Assembly (NCBI GenBank): GCA_964658305.1
Contig: OZ210885.1
Location: forward strand, 6,944,001 to 7,008,000
Direction of reading: 5' to 3'
DNA length: 64,000 bases
Source: Leptogorgia sarmentosa
Taxonomy: Eukaryota
The notes beneath the pieces were generated by a model. It had not been told where the DNA came from and did not search any database. It saw only the letters and a list, made by a program, of their open reading frames with translations. Both the position numbers and the translations under genes were made by a program. Below, one piece after another: positions 50,640 through 63,324 of the stretch. Numbering within the stretch: the first letter of the stretch is position 1; every line of letters starts with the position of its first letter.

Positions 50640-52512
50640 AGAGAGTTTGGCAACGCGACGGGAGGTAGCGACGGCGACGGATAAGATCGAGCTGGGACTA
50701 GGGAGAGAATGCGTTTCGAGAAACGTCGCCGTCGCGCCGGAAATCTGTTTGGCGGCAAAATTTAAAACCTAACAAAATCAAAATGGATGACGTTCTTGAC
50801 GGATTGACTTGAGATTTACTGCAAAACAATTCAAACATGGAATTCAATACAGAAAATTAGTTTATTGAAATGCTTTTTGCATGAAAAACCTCACCTTTGC
50901 TTGTTTGGATCAGCCATACAGGATAAAATCGCAGAAACATCCAGACCACTGAGCTATACTTATTTATCTGGAGATCGGGCTCTCCACTTTGAAGTGCAAA
51001 ATATATTTCAGCTTTTGAGGAAGAATTAGGTACTCCCATATTCTAGATTCATGCAATTTATTGTATAAAATCCAGGTAGAAAAACCTGTATTTGTGGTAA
51101 ATATTGTTGCCAGATCTGATATCTGCATTTGATGCATTGGTAATATGCAATTCACACCTCATGGGTGACTGTGTGCAGACAATATAAAATCAACATATAT
51201 GTACATGTATAAAATCTTATTTTATTCAAAAACTATTTTTCACAACAATGAGAATTTGTCAAAGTAAGTCAAAAACTCTAGAGATCTCAAAACATCCCTA
51301 AGCCAATTAATATCAACATTAAATTGATGCACATGGTAGATAGACAACACAGTAAAATTTATAAACATATATGTATACAAACACTACTATAAATTAGACA
51401 AATATAAATAACACAGCAGTGAAGGTTCATAGTGGTGGGTTGCCTCACTGGAATCTATAATTCCTTTGAGGGACACCAATTGTATGCCGTTTCTTGCAAT
51501 ACCAACAAATTATTCCTGACTAATAATTCCAGTTTTTTCTATAATTCAAGTATGCAGCCTTGCCTTGTTTGTGATGTTGAGCCAATCTTTTTGAAGAAAA
51601 ATACAGGATATGGCTTCTAGTCTTGAGTAGTCAGTTTGCCTTTCTCATTTTGATCCTTTCCAAACATATCAGGACAAAAATGCTCTTTATATATGTCTAT
51701 CCCTCACAGGAACAAACTAGGTTAAATAATCCACCTCAGAAGTCAGAACAACCTGGGACTTTTGACTAAAACTGGAAATTCAAAAATGAACACAATAAAT
51801 ACTCTTGTTATTGCTTGTGTGAAACATAAAACAACATGTTCCCAGATAAATAAAAACTAAAGCAAGATCTACACAAACATGCTGTGTTTTTGTTGAAGCA
51901 CATGCATTAAAAAATCGTCCAACATTTTTAAAATGTTTACAACCAAAAAGTATCGAGCCTAGAGCGTTAATATAAATTTCTTACCGCTAAAGGGATACAT
52001 CCTTTCTTCTGTCCAAGTTCCAGCAGTATGAATGAGCGAAAATTCAGCTGATTAACACTTTTCGACAATTTTTAGATAAAAATATATCTTTGCAGGCAAA
52101 TTGTACAACAATTTAATAAGGATTTTAATTTCAAGGGGGGTGAAATTACTTTAATTTCTCATTCATTCACCGCATTTTTGCTTGTCAGTGGTCTTTATCA
52201 TGAGAATATGCATAATTATGACGTCAAAATGACGTAAATTTGGTCAAAATCCGCCATGTTTTTGCGGACACTTTTTTGTCATTTTTTATATGAAGTTTTA
52301 GGAGAGCCCGATCTCCAGATAAATAAGTATAGCTCAGTGATCCAGACGTTGTCAATACAACGTCAAATTGTACAAAATGGCGTCGTCCGGAGAACGCCAA
52401 CGTCTTGACGACGTATGTTCGTAAATTATTTATGATAATTCTTTTAAATTATGCGATAATAAGGTCTTATCGCGTCGCCGTCGCCACCTCCCGTCACGTT
52501 GCCAAACTCTCT
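50640..52512. mobile_element. Non-autonomous TIR element with 3-bp TSD ATT (PIF/Harbinger-like)
   Basis: TIR AGAGAGTTTGGCAACG.GACGGGAGGT.GCGACGGCGACG at both ends; empty site GTTGATTTTCTCC near 14190. Confidence 0.8.
50947..52339. mobile_element. Nested TIR element with 8-bp TSD ATCCAGAC
   Basis: Perfect ~39-bp TIR CACTGAGCTATACTTATTTATCTGGAGATCGGGCTCTCC. Confidence 0.85.
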
Positions 52513-53220
52513 ATTTTCTCCAAGAGTGAAGCATGCTTACGAGGGCATGAACGGTGCTTGAGTTTCGAATCGTTCCGTACTGATTGGGGTCAACTTTTGT
52601 AAGCACAGCTGGTTTTATAAAATTATCAACAAAATAGCCCTCCACGACTTTCGACACAATCGTACTAAGGGAAATGGACCGAAAGTGGCGGTTAACATCG
52701 CCTACTGGTTCTTTTTTCGGAATTGGTACAACATCTGCGTGTTTCCAAGATTGTGGGAGACCTCCTTTGCGATACGACTTATTTTCAATTTCTGCAATGG
52801 GAATGGTGCAAAAATATCAGCATTTTCTTTAACGACCCAACCTGAGATGGCATCCGGTCCCGTTGATTTACTTGAATTTAGTGTTAGTAAGCTTTTGAAA
52901 ATCTGGATTTCCCAGACTTGAAAATCCTGCGCATTACGATCAAGTATTATTTGTTGACTATTCGGAAGTAAGGGAGTAAACTCTTTCATCGGTGCCGCTT
53001 ATTTCCTTTTCGTAAACGGTCGTTGCCTTCCGAAACGGCCGATGCCTTCCCTGCTCGCTTTTTGAATGTTACACAATGCCTTCCCACTGCTTCCCACTAT
53101 AAATACTTTTGTTTTCAAAGATTTTCAGCGAAAATTGCGTCTGCACCAAGAAATGTATACGTCCAATTAGAAAATGTACAGTCAAAAGACTTTCGAAAAA
53201 CAATCAACATGATTTGTCAT

Positions 53221-53340
53221 GTCAGCGTTTCTCATGTCAGCGCTTTCCATGACAGCGTTTTCCATGTCAGCGTTTTCCATGTCAGTGTTTTCCATGTCAG
53301 CGTTTTCCATGTCAGCGTTTTCCATGTCAGTGTTTTCCAT
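53221..53340 (+). repeat. Same 15-bp minisatellite x8
   Basis: Direct tandem array. Confidence 0.9.
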
Positions 53341-55480
53341 GTCAGTGTCAGTGTGTCAGTGTCAGTGTTTTCGAGATAACCCTTAGGGACGGGTGGTAGG
53401 GGAGTGAATTGATTTGGCTTTATTTAATTGCAACTTGTGTTCTGGATTCGGACGATAGTATTCATATTTGCAACATGAAGTTAGAAATAAAAGAACTCTC
53501 AAAAAATCGTATTTGTTATGCAAATACTTCCTGTGTAATATTGAGTGTTAAATTACATTTCGCGACGCAAGATGGATCAGATTTCAATAGACAACAGGGC
53601 CAGAGGCGCTTGGAGAGGAAAGCTGATAATTCACCGTAAGAACATATTGTATAAGCAAGCTATGAAAAACAAACTATGAAATATACATATAGGAGCAACG
53701 GATACATTGGGACATACATAACTTAGCGATTCAGCCTCGTTTTCGAATTTACTGACTTTATGCTTCGCAAAAACATGTATTATTTGTAGATCATCATGTT
53801 TGGTTGTACAGTTAAATTACTGTAAAACAATTCATAATACACATTCAGACAACTATGAATTTCGCAAATTTTTATTTAACAAATAAACCCATGCATACAA
53901 TGTTAAATACTACAGTGTTTGTCTATTTGTGCGAGTGTATTATGCATGCAATTTTAAAAAAAAAGTTCTTTCAAACTAGTTAATTGTTGCCCTTATAACA
54001 ATTAAAGAAACAATTCTGAACATGTCATGCAGAACTTAATTTATACCAATAGTCAAGTCGATTTTGTACGTCCACTCTGTATCTGTGATTATACTACTGA
54101 TTGGTATCACATTTCTAGCATGTAATCATGCATACGTTATAAACGTGGAGTAAAGCATAACTTGCTAATTTCTAATTTGCAAACTTCGTATAAGATTGAT
54201 AAGACGAAAAACGTGCCCATGAGCAAAACGGACTTGACTGCAGATTTAAATGTCTAGGAAACTTGAAAAAATGACGTTTTTATCGCTATGTCATTCAACC
54301 TACAAGTAACCAGATTTTTAACAAGCTAGCGTAGTAGCCACAGCTACAAATTATCTCTAAATTATTACTATCATACAGGGTGTACGTATATATCTACAAC
54401 CTTTATAATGAAAATGTGCAAATAAGATAAGAAAGTTAAGAAATTTAAGGAATATGTTACCAGATTACATGATACCAAAGAAAAAACCAAATGGCATCAT
54501 GCAACAAGCTGAATTAAGCGAGATCGATGTCCAATGAATTGGAATTTTGGAGGCATATATCAAGACATAAACATGATGCCTCCTTTCACGTTCTGAAAAA
54601 CAACTATAATAAAATATAAAGTAAGGATTAGAAAATGGAACACGAAGCAATCTTAAAGTAATCGTGAACTATAGACAGAGTTTAATTTTATTATATTCTG
54701 ACTACAATGGGACAATAGGAGACGGAAACTTTATTGCTCATATTTACAACTTTGTCTTTTTTATTGTTATAAAAAACATTGTGATTTTGGACCACGCTAT
54801 ACTCCATGCAGGTAAAAATATTTGGAATTCTTAGTTTGTAATGTTGCAAATATGGTAAATTTTAATTGTAATTAAAGCAATTAACTTTTAGTTAAATTAA
54901 ACCCGGTAATTAGGTTTGTTGTAGTGAAAAGTAATTAATGTTAACTGCATTTATAAAAAATAGCAAAAGTGTTTTATATTTTTTCCTCATTATAGTTTAG
55001 CGAAAACAATTTGTTCTTTCTTTGGTTATATTGAGGCATTTCTACAATATTTCATGGACGAATTGTCATCATAATGAGGCTGGATATAGCTACAACAGCA
55101 AAACTTTATCTACTTTTCTATAAACAAATTACAGTAAATGATGCAATAAACGTCTAGGGCTGTTATGTATCTTAGGAAGAAGTCTTTATATATTGCTAAG
55201 ACTTGTCGATTTTTATAGACACGGAAATTTATGTTCCCTAAACATGTAAAGTTCCCTAAATTATAAAATTGATTGAGGTGTGTTTTACAATCATGGAGAT
55301 TACATGAGAATAGGCTTTATTTCAAATAATTTTCGGTATATTCTGTTATATTCGGTATATGTTAAAATTATTTACCTTATGGCATTGTTGAAGTAGGTTT
55401 TTAATTTTAATATAACACTTCAACTTCTGATGGAGTGAAGTGATAGCTTCCTGCCAGGAGGAATTTTGTGTTGGCTTGAC

Positions 55481-55721
55481 AGGAGAGCCAGTGTGCATTT
55501 CTGATTTTGAAAACTTTGCCGAAGAATTTCTCCCAAAGAATGCATGGGATTATTACAGCTCCGGAGCAAATGAAGAGATTACACTAAATGAAAACAGACG
55601 TGCTTTTGACAGGCTAAGAATACGTCCTCGTTTCCTTCGAGATGTTTCAGTTATTGATATGTCGACGACAATTCTTGGTGAGAAAATTGATTTCCCAATA
55701 TGTGTTTCTCCAACTGCAATG
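55481..55721 (+). pseudogene. HAO1: Intronless 5' fragment of FMN-dependent hydroxyacid (glycolate) oxidase coding sequence, inserted antisense in copy D
   Basis: Translates without stops as GEPVCISDFENFAEEFLPKNAWDYYSSGANEEITLNENRRAFDRLRIRPRFLRDVSVIDMSTTILGEKIDFPICVSPTAM, the recognisable N-terminus of the HAO/glycolate oxidase family. Confidence 0.85.
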
Positions 55722-58700
55722 CTGGAGTGTATCCAGATGGAGCTTGATAGGTGTTACCAAAATTCGTGTACGAGCCGGTGCTTGATTTCGCATCGTTGAC
55801 AATGCGCAAGTCGTGACCACTACCAAATGTTGGCGCATATCCACTGTGACGGTAAATTGCAATCCCGAGATTCTGGTCTCTCAGCGGAGCCTTGAATGGT
55901 GGAAGGTCATCGTTATTGCGCAGAGAAAACAAAAATGATCCTGGAGCAGATCCATAACTACCTGTAAAAATAATAACAGTCTGTCAAAACAAACACAACA
56001 ATCCTGGGTCAGATATGATTTACTGCTCTGTCTCTTATATAGTAATCGGGTATTTCATTCGTGAGAAAGATCATCAGTTTCAAAGCAATCCAGAAAATTC
56101 TCGAGCGGGCGGTGTCAGCATGGGTGGGAGAAATAAAACTACCTTAACTCCTTAATGAAGATTTAATTTTCTCTCCATAATGAGTAAATTTGGTGTATAA
56201 ATTGTTAAATTAACACCGGTCCAGTATAAAGAGCTATATTAACATTGTGCCACGTAGGCTAAACATGGACACATTTGTGGAAAACCACCTACTAATAATA
56301 CGCGTATTTAATTACTCGAATCCTACTTCAGATGGCAACTCCTTTATACGAGGACAGATTTTAATTAATCTCCCTGCTATCTCATTCAGGCATAAAATTG
56401 AAATTATGAAAAGTCCCTGTAAACCAAAGTTAAAAAGTATACTGGTTCATATTATTGAAGTTGTAAATTTACCTGTGGACATCTAAATATGTTTAAAATA
56501 CAGAACAGCATCATGGTATATATACTGGCAATTTATTTTATACTACAGGGCACTGTACATTCATATATAACGCCGGGATTTAAACAAAATGTCAAGCATG
56601 TATCAAAATGCATGATTACGCATTCAGATTTTCCACCTTTAAGCTTGAGACAAACCTTTAGCAGATTCTTATCGTGTTTTTGTCCAATTTGATCAACAAA
56701 TCTCTGTAGCACAATAATTGCCGGACCATGCAGGTAACGAATCCAATTAATAAAATATTCGTTCGGTAAGAGTCAGTTAAGATGGAGCGAAGAGAAGAAC
56801 CTGATACATGATTAAAATAATAACTCATATAACTGTAATCATTCAAACTTACTGGAGCTGTGGTAGATAGGCTTCCATGATGCTGTAGCATAACCACCAA
56901 AAACGTACGTTTTATTGTTTTTGATAATTTGAACGATAGTTAAGGTTGGTGATTTTCCATCGCATCTTGAATGAAATGTACTTGCAGCCCAACCATCTCG
57001 TGTTGCTCGCCAACAAATGCTCCAATCTCCAGTTTTTGGCAACCATTCTTGCAACTTATTTTCGAATTCGTCTGGTTCATTTTTCAATATCTCTGACACG
57101 TCTAGGTATACATGAATTTAATCAATTTCAGAGCAAATGTTATAAAATAGGTCAAATACGAGGACGAAGACTTTACCAGGACATGGAAGTCCAAAGGCTC
57201 ATGGGAATACCAGCCACATTTTTAGGGCCGGGAGGCAGAGATCCTTTTCCCCGGGGAAAGCGTGGAAATTTAGAAATTTAGAACCTCATATAGATGAGCG
57301 GAAACGGTTATTTCAGGATTTTAACATTACTTTTTTTGGTACCCTCATATTGGTACAATATCGCACAATGCACTGTGGAAATAAACAAGGGAAAAGCAAG
57401 GAATTGAGACGAGTCAAGATGATCCAACATGTTGTCGAGCATTTGCCTCAATTTTCATCATTCTCAATTTTCATGTCTTTGGTTTAAAAAAATATTTATG
57501 AAAAAGCAAAAAAAGTAAAAGTTTGACAATATAGCTATTTAGCTACGAAAACTACCACAGTTTGTGATGCATAATAATTACCTGGAAAAAAATATAAACC
57601 GTTATCTTCGTATTGTTTAAGTAATTGTTAAAAATTCTCTGACGGCGGTCATGGAAAGCTTAGATTAATAAATTATACAAGGTGATAGACACAAATTGTC
57701 TCTTGTAATTAAACTGTTGTATATTTTGAATGCTGGATATTTAGGACAACTCACTTCTTAATTTGCCATTTTTGAACTTCGGAAGGCAGCTTCCATTGTA
57801 TTCCTATATTATAAGGTAAGAAATCTCCTGCAAAAGTTTTATGATAAAATTACTACGCACTGATCAAATACTGATGCGCATAAAATGATAGAATAGAAAA
57901 TAATCATATGAAAAAATGTTCAGGAAAATTGGGAACATTACAATCATTCCCAATGCAACTGCGCCCGTCAATGATTAGCTAAATCATTGTTTTAAAACCG
58001 GGTAAATGCGGACATAGTGAAGTACAAAATGAAAGTCATTCTCATTTGTTATGAAGTCAGTGTAGTCTTTGTAATTGTATACATACGCGGGTACAAGTGA
58101 AGAATACATTAGCATCTATCAAAAGGTAAACTACATCAAAAGTGAATGAAAATTTGGTTCTTTGTCGTAACTATCTTCTAATTTTTTCCGAGAATTTTCA
58201 TTTGGAAATAATGCAATAAAATTATTTCACATTTTATGAATTTATTGATCATTTCTTCTAATTTCTTCTCGCCCTTTCGGCTACATAGCAAGCAAATATT
58301 TCCACCTAATGCCTTTTTACATTTCTAATATTCAAGAAGATATGAAGATTTTTTCTAACATCCGTCACCAATGCATCTTTACTCAATCTTCAAAAAATTA
58401 TCGCCATGTGCAATAAACTGTACAGAAGTACAATAGAGAACTATTGTGAATCATTTTTACCTTTTGAGGATTGTTCAGATAAACATGGTTATAAGAAAAA
58501 TTGGCTTCCAAGAATTCCTGAGAGATATTGTTGACCATATTATGCAACATTTCACAATTTGATTCATTCTGTAAGTTCAATGTGTTTTTAAAATTGATTG
58601 ATCGACAGCATGGCTCTGTGACACATTCGAACAAACAGGCAAGCCAATCAGGAACCACTTTTCTCATGAAAACTGTCACATTAAGTTTGTAACCTACGAA

Positions 58701-59031
58701 ATTGAAACATCGTCATGTAATATTTCATAGGCGGTTAAAAGTATTTAACTGGGATGGATTCCCCAAAACTAGAGAGCAATATAATATGATATTGTTTACC
58801 AGAATTGTATGTTCTCGAGAACTTGTGAAGCGGCAAAGACAATGACAACACTAGCCTGTTAACTAGCCAACACTCAAACTACAACCAACATTTCTCACTG
58901 TTTTGAGTGCTTTACAAACTCGAGAGAACAAAATATTTTATGGTAAACAGTCGAGTGCGTTCTACATTATTGAAGTTATTCGAGTGCGTTCTACATTATT
59001 GAAGTTTCATTATTTGAAACCCCAGTAAAAC

Positions 59032-59544
59032 CACCCGTTGAACAAAGACCTCAACGGGTAGTACCCGATATTTCTCAATTGAGAACATGGGTAGTGCCCA
59101 CGCTGGACTATCGTCTAAGTAGCCTGGCCTGGTAAATTATGAACAGTGATTGCCCTGGTCTATAATCATATGCATTTAGCCAGGCCAGAGTGGTGAACAG
59201 CGAGCTCGATTTAGCTCAAGTGGTAAGGCGCGGGGCGTGCGTTGCAGTTCTATAGTTCAAGCCCCGGTTCGACACATTTTTTCAGCGTTAGTGATGAAAA
59301 GTTTTTTTTCCTCAATATTATTCTGACCACAATGGTCAGGGTTAGTATTCTAGGGTTTGGGTTGGGATTAAGGAAATTCTTAGTATATAGAAAAATGGTT
59401 TATATCTAACACTATATAACTATATCAAGAGTAATACTGAAACGCCGATCAGCAAGCTTAGGCGATAGTCCGGCGTGGGCATTACCCGTGTTCTCAATTG
59501 AGAAATATTGGGTACTACCCGTTGAGGTCTTTGTTCAACGGCTG
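59032..59544. mobile_element. MITE with ~88-bp TIRs, CA..TG ends and 7-bp TSD GTAAAAC, in intron 1 of copy D
   Basis: CCGTTGAACAAAGACCTCAACGGGTAGTACCC.ATATTTCTCAATTGAGAACA... mirrored at both ends. Confidence 0.8.
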
Positions 59545-61396
59545 GTAAAACACGAAGCACAAGTTAATGAAGTTATGTCTCAATCGACAATAGTCCTGAC
59601 GTTTTATAATCAAGAATTATGATAATACAGTTTTCATCGTTTCCACTGTCGCAATTATAAGTTTGTTCTTCGCCGGGGTTTCCGAACCCATGCACGTGAC
59701 AAAATACTGCTATTTCATTGGTTTATGTGCTCATCAATTATTAATAAGTTTCAGAAGAAACACAACTGAGCTGAATGAACAAACGTCTCGTGATTTTCAC
59801 ACCATGCATACTTACCCTCAAGACTTGAATTGAAGCAAACATTTACAACTTTCTGTTCCTCAGCATTTTGGTCTTGTGCGACGATTTCAGCCCGTAATGT
59901 ATGTGCGATGAAAAAGGTCAACAAATGAAACTTCACATGCATCGTTTCCTTTCCACCAATTTTCAAGTTATACCGAGGAATTATTATATTCCTTTAGAAA
60001 ATGAAAACAACTATTATTTTTCTGATCAGCACACATTTAACAAAAGTGAAAGATTTTGTTGATATTTCTGAATCTTCATTTTCCAGTAATTGTTGAATTT
60101 CAACTTCACCAATTTTGACAAACCTTTCAATGGAAAAAGCCTCTTGAATTTAAAAACAACAAAACCTTAATCATTTCGCAGCTGTCGTCATCCTCATGTC
60201 AATTACGTCGGCGAGTCAATACGGCTCTCGTCGTCATAGAAAAATGGCGCAAATACGTCCAAATTTTTTATTTCGGCTGGTATTTTTGAAATTAGGACAT
60301 AAAAGTGACTGTGTGATAGTCGTATTTATAATGTTTTCAAAGTCATAGGCACAAGAACAAGGACAGAAGAGATCAAATCTTCTGAACTAAAACGATTCGG
60401 ACACTGAATTTGCGGGAAAGAAACTTGCACTCTGATGTTAAAAATTAAACAATACTTTTTAATTTCTAATTTGGTTTTCCGAACAAACTTCCAAGCTGCC
60501 TTTCATTGTGCGAAAGCTAGTTCGATGCTAAATTGCAAGCAAAATACTTCGGCAATCTGCATCCGCTACGCAATTACACTTGGCAAATGACAACGTACAT
60601 AGCTAAGTATAAATAAAAATTTCGGGGCCATTCTTCAAAGAAATGGTAGGAGAGACATTCGAAGTATACCACCAAAGCAACTACACTAAAAAATGGTAGT
60701 GATGTTTCATAATCTATATATACACTCTATACATAACGTTGAATTGAAAAAATTGTGTTTAGGTTTTTATTGCACTCAGTAAATATTAACTCATCATACA
60801 CTAATTTGTGAAAGTTGGATTTCGTTCTTTTATACGCTCTGTGTAGTATCACTTAAGCAAACATTTTCAATTCATATTCAAGGTGATCCCTTTAACCATT
60901 AAACGCTAATAAAACTTCAATCTTTAGACTGTGAGCGCGCATGAAATGAAATCATCATGATGCTTGAAGCATCATACAAGCACTTTAGAAGTGAGGCTCA
61001 TTGTGTGAAGAAAATGTAAGCGAGAATTTCGAATTACCAACAAAACAACTATACTCTAAAATAAAATAAAATTAAAAGATATTCGCATAAATCTAGAATA
61101 GAAACTCACCAAAGACAAACTGAAAATTTTTACGGCTAAAATTTTCTTCTTTCAAGTATGAAGCGTGCAGGTGTTGTAATGAGAGTGATGTTTTAAAAGC
61201 TATATGTGCATGCACTTTACATAACTTTGAATAGAAATAATTGTTTTTAGCTTTTTACTCACTTAAATATTAATCATATCGTCAGACACTAATTGCACCC
61301 GTTTCACCAATTCTAAATCGCTCAAAGCGTTACTTCTAAAATTTATAAAAGCGCTTTTAAGCGTCACCAGAATGCATTCTGCACATTCTATTGTGT

Positions 61397-62302
61397 GAAT
61401 GAATGAATGAATGAAGACTTTATTTAACGAGAGTAACAGATGCCAGTTTGCACTGATAAATTTGTGGCTCTCAATGGATTATACAAATAACATTAAACCT
61501 AAGTCCTAATTTAAAAATACTATATATACATACGTCTAAAATCGAAGATTTATAGTAAAATGATTGATGATTTCATAGCTCTCTTTAAAAAAGCTGATTC
61601 ATGCTGTGTTTAAACGAAGCCACCTCCGATCTCAATGGATTATATAAATAACATTAAACCTAGGTACTAAATTTATAAAATACTATATATACAAACATCT
61701 AAAATCCAAAGATTATATTATATAGTAAAATGATAGATTTTTTCATAGCTCTCCTTAAATAGCTGTTTCATGCTGTGTTTAAACGAAGCCACCGTCCCCT
61801 TATCACGCACAGTCTTAGGCAGCTGGTTCCATTGTTTTATGGTCGACACGGCATGTACGACCACCTACGGTTTCTTGCTTGTATTCAGGGCATAGGAAAT
61901 TTAAATTGCAATATCTAGTGGATCTACTATTTGCACTAGAATTCAATTTCAGCATATCATCAAAGTAGTTCGGAGAATCATTCTTTATGCGTTTATAGGC
62001 TGTTGTTGCTTTAAGTATCTTCACTTCGTCGTAGAATGGTATCCAATTTAGTTGCTGAAACATGTTGACTGTTCGTGCTGACATGTCCAAATCTAAAATA
62101 ACCCGTGCTGCTCTTTTCTGTAACCTAAAAACTCTGTTTAGGTTTTCTTTCGAGGTTGTTGTCCAAACAGCTGAACCATAGAAAATAATATGCTTTATCA
62201 TAGCATTATAATAAAGACAGCGTTCTCTAAATGGGAGGCAACGCTTTATTTTGCAGAGTACCGCGATTCGTTTAGATAGTTTCTTACATATATTGTCAAC
62301 GA
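61397..62302 (-). mobile_element. 5'-truncated LINE (CR1/L2-like) 3' end
   Basis: ORF2 C-terminus YGSAVW...RVFRLQKRAARVIL...LNWIP, then AATAAA and a (TTCA)n tail; internal ~160-bp duplication in the 3' UTR. Confidence 0.8.
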
Positions 62303-62697
62303 ATAATGAAGATGCAGGTCGTTGCCAGATTTAAACTGGGGTCCTTGCAGTGTTAGAAGCGTGTAGTAACCAGTGCACTACAAGAAATGTAAAGCAATCC
62401 CCAAATTTAACCCTCCCAAACACTAACAAGATAATACAAAAACACATAAACACAGTATTTCCGATGACCATTGAAAATTCGCAATAGTATTGGGATCGTT
62501 CGATTTTAACTGCGATTGATTGAAAAAATTCCAATAAAATAATGTGTGCCTCCGTCACGTAAATTGATTTTGTTGACCATGTTTAAGGTGTAACAATTTC
62601 CTAGAACTTACTCTGATTTATTATTTGAAGGTGTTTGGTGAAAATGTTCGGCATCTTGTGGAATATGAACATTATAACGAAAGAATTGGGCAACTTT

Positions 62698-62768
62698 GCG
62701 TTGGTGGTTCAGTGGTAGAATTCTCGCCTGCCACGCGGGAGACCGGGGTTCGATTCCCCGCTAACGCA
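62698..62768 (+). tRNA. tRNA-Gly(GCC)
   Basis: Same sequence as 8399-8469. Confidence 0.9.
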
Positions 62769-62858
62769 GATTATTTTCATTTTGTTGCATTTCAATTTCA
62801 ACTGCAACACGGGAAATAAACTGGCTTGGTAACATAGAAATAGTCAACAAGTTATCAC

Positions 62859-62930
62859 TCCCATGTGGTCTAGTGGTTAAGATCTGGCGTTTTCACCGCC
62901 ATGGCCCGGGTTCGATTCCCGGCGTGGAAA
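62859..62930 (+). tRNA. tRNA-Glu(TTC), minor mismatches
   Basis: Glu body followed by a TTTTTT terminator. Confidence 0.7.
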
Positions 62931-63016
62931 TTTTTTGATAAAATTTCAATTTGAAGCAGCTTGTGTTCACATTCTCAAACTCGTTCTCTGAAACCAAACC
63001 ATTTTAAAAGCGCTAC

Positions 63017-63089
63017 GACCTTGTGGCGCAATTGGTAGCGCGTCTGACTCCAGATCAGAAGGTTAAGTGTTTAATTCACTTCAAGGTCA
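63017..63089 (+). tRNA. tRNA-Trp(CCA), T-loop mutated (GTTTAA)
   Basis: Paralogue of 8712-8784. Confidence 0.65.
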
Positions 63090-63185
63090 AGCACTTCTGG
63101 CCACGCTGTCTCTCGAAATTTTCTTCCAAATTCAAATTAAAAATGTTATCGTTATTTTCACATTGCGAGAAAAGACAAATGTTTC

Positions 63186-63257
63186 TCTCATGTAGTCCAG
63201 TGTTCAGGATGTGGCGCTCTCACCGCCAAGGCCCGAGTTCGATTCTCGGCATGGGAA
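63186..63257 (+). pseudogene. tRNA-Glu(CTC), degenerate
   Basis: Paralogue of 8881-8952. Confidence 0.6.
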
Positions 63258-63289
63258 TAATACTTGCGAGAGCATTTCAACAGCGCTAC

Positions 63290-63324
63290 GATCTTGTGGC
63301 GCAATTGGTAGCGCGTCTGACTCA
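63290..63324 (+). pseudogene. tRNA-Trp 5' half
   Basis: Same junction as 9010-9045. Confidence 0.6.

Larger units (their letters stand above)
50530..53210 (-). mobile_element. RT relic copy interrupted by nested DNA transposons
   Basis: Collinear with 14082-14880 apart from the insertion at 50640-52512. Confidence 0.75.
43700..55970. repeat. Direct segmental duplicate of ~8270-17440 (tRNA cluster, LINE relic, 3' flank and last TLDc exon)
   Basis: Collinear near-identity, interrupted by copy-specific insertions. Confidence 0.9.
55407..59942 (-). pseudogene. Copy D: leader-divergent PAN-linker-TLDc with no EGF and a disrupted last exon; exons 59816-59942, 58461-58693, 57755-57803, 56853-57101, 55407-55961
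   Basis: Leader MHVKFHLLTFFIAHTLRA. PAN-like LACLFECVTEPCCRSINF...NCEML. The 49-nt exon EYNGSCLPKFKNGKLR bridges phase 0 to 1. TLDc exons are homologous to A-C. A 241-nt insertion at 55481-55721 gives a premature stop at 55651. Confidence 0.7.

Noticed and set aside
55440..55799. 119-aa ORF as a functional HAO gene
   Set aside because: Only ~80 codons are HAO; the flanks are antisense TLDc exon and the catalytic barrel is missing.
57177..57640. Alternative linker-exon candidates for copy D
   Set aside because: Wrong phase, in-frame stops or no clear acceptor; 57755-57803 fits better.
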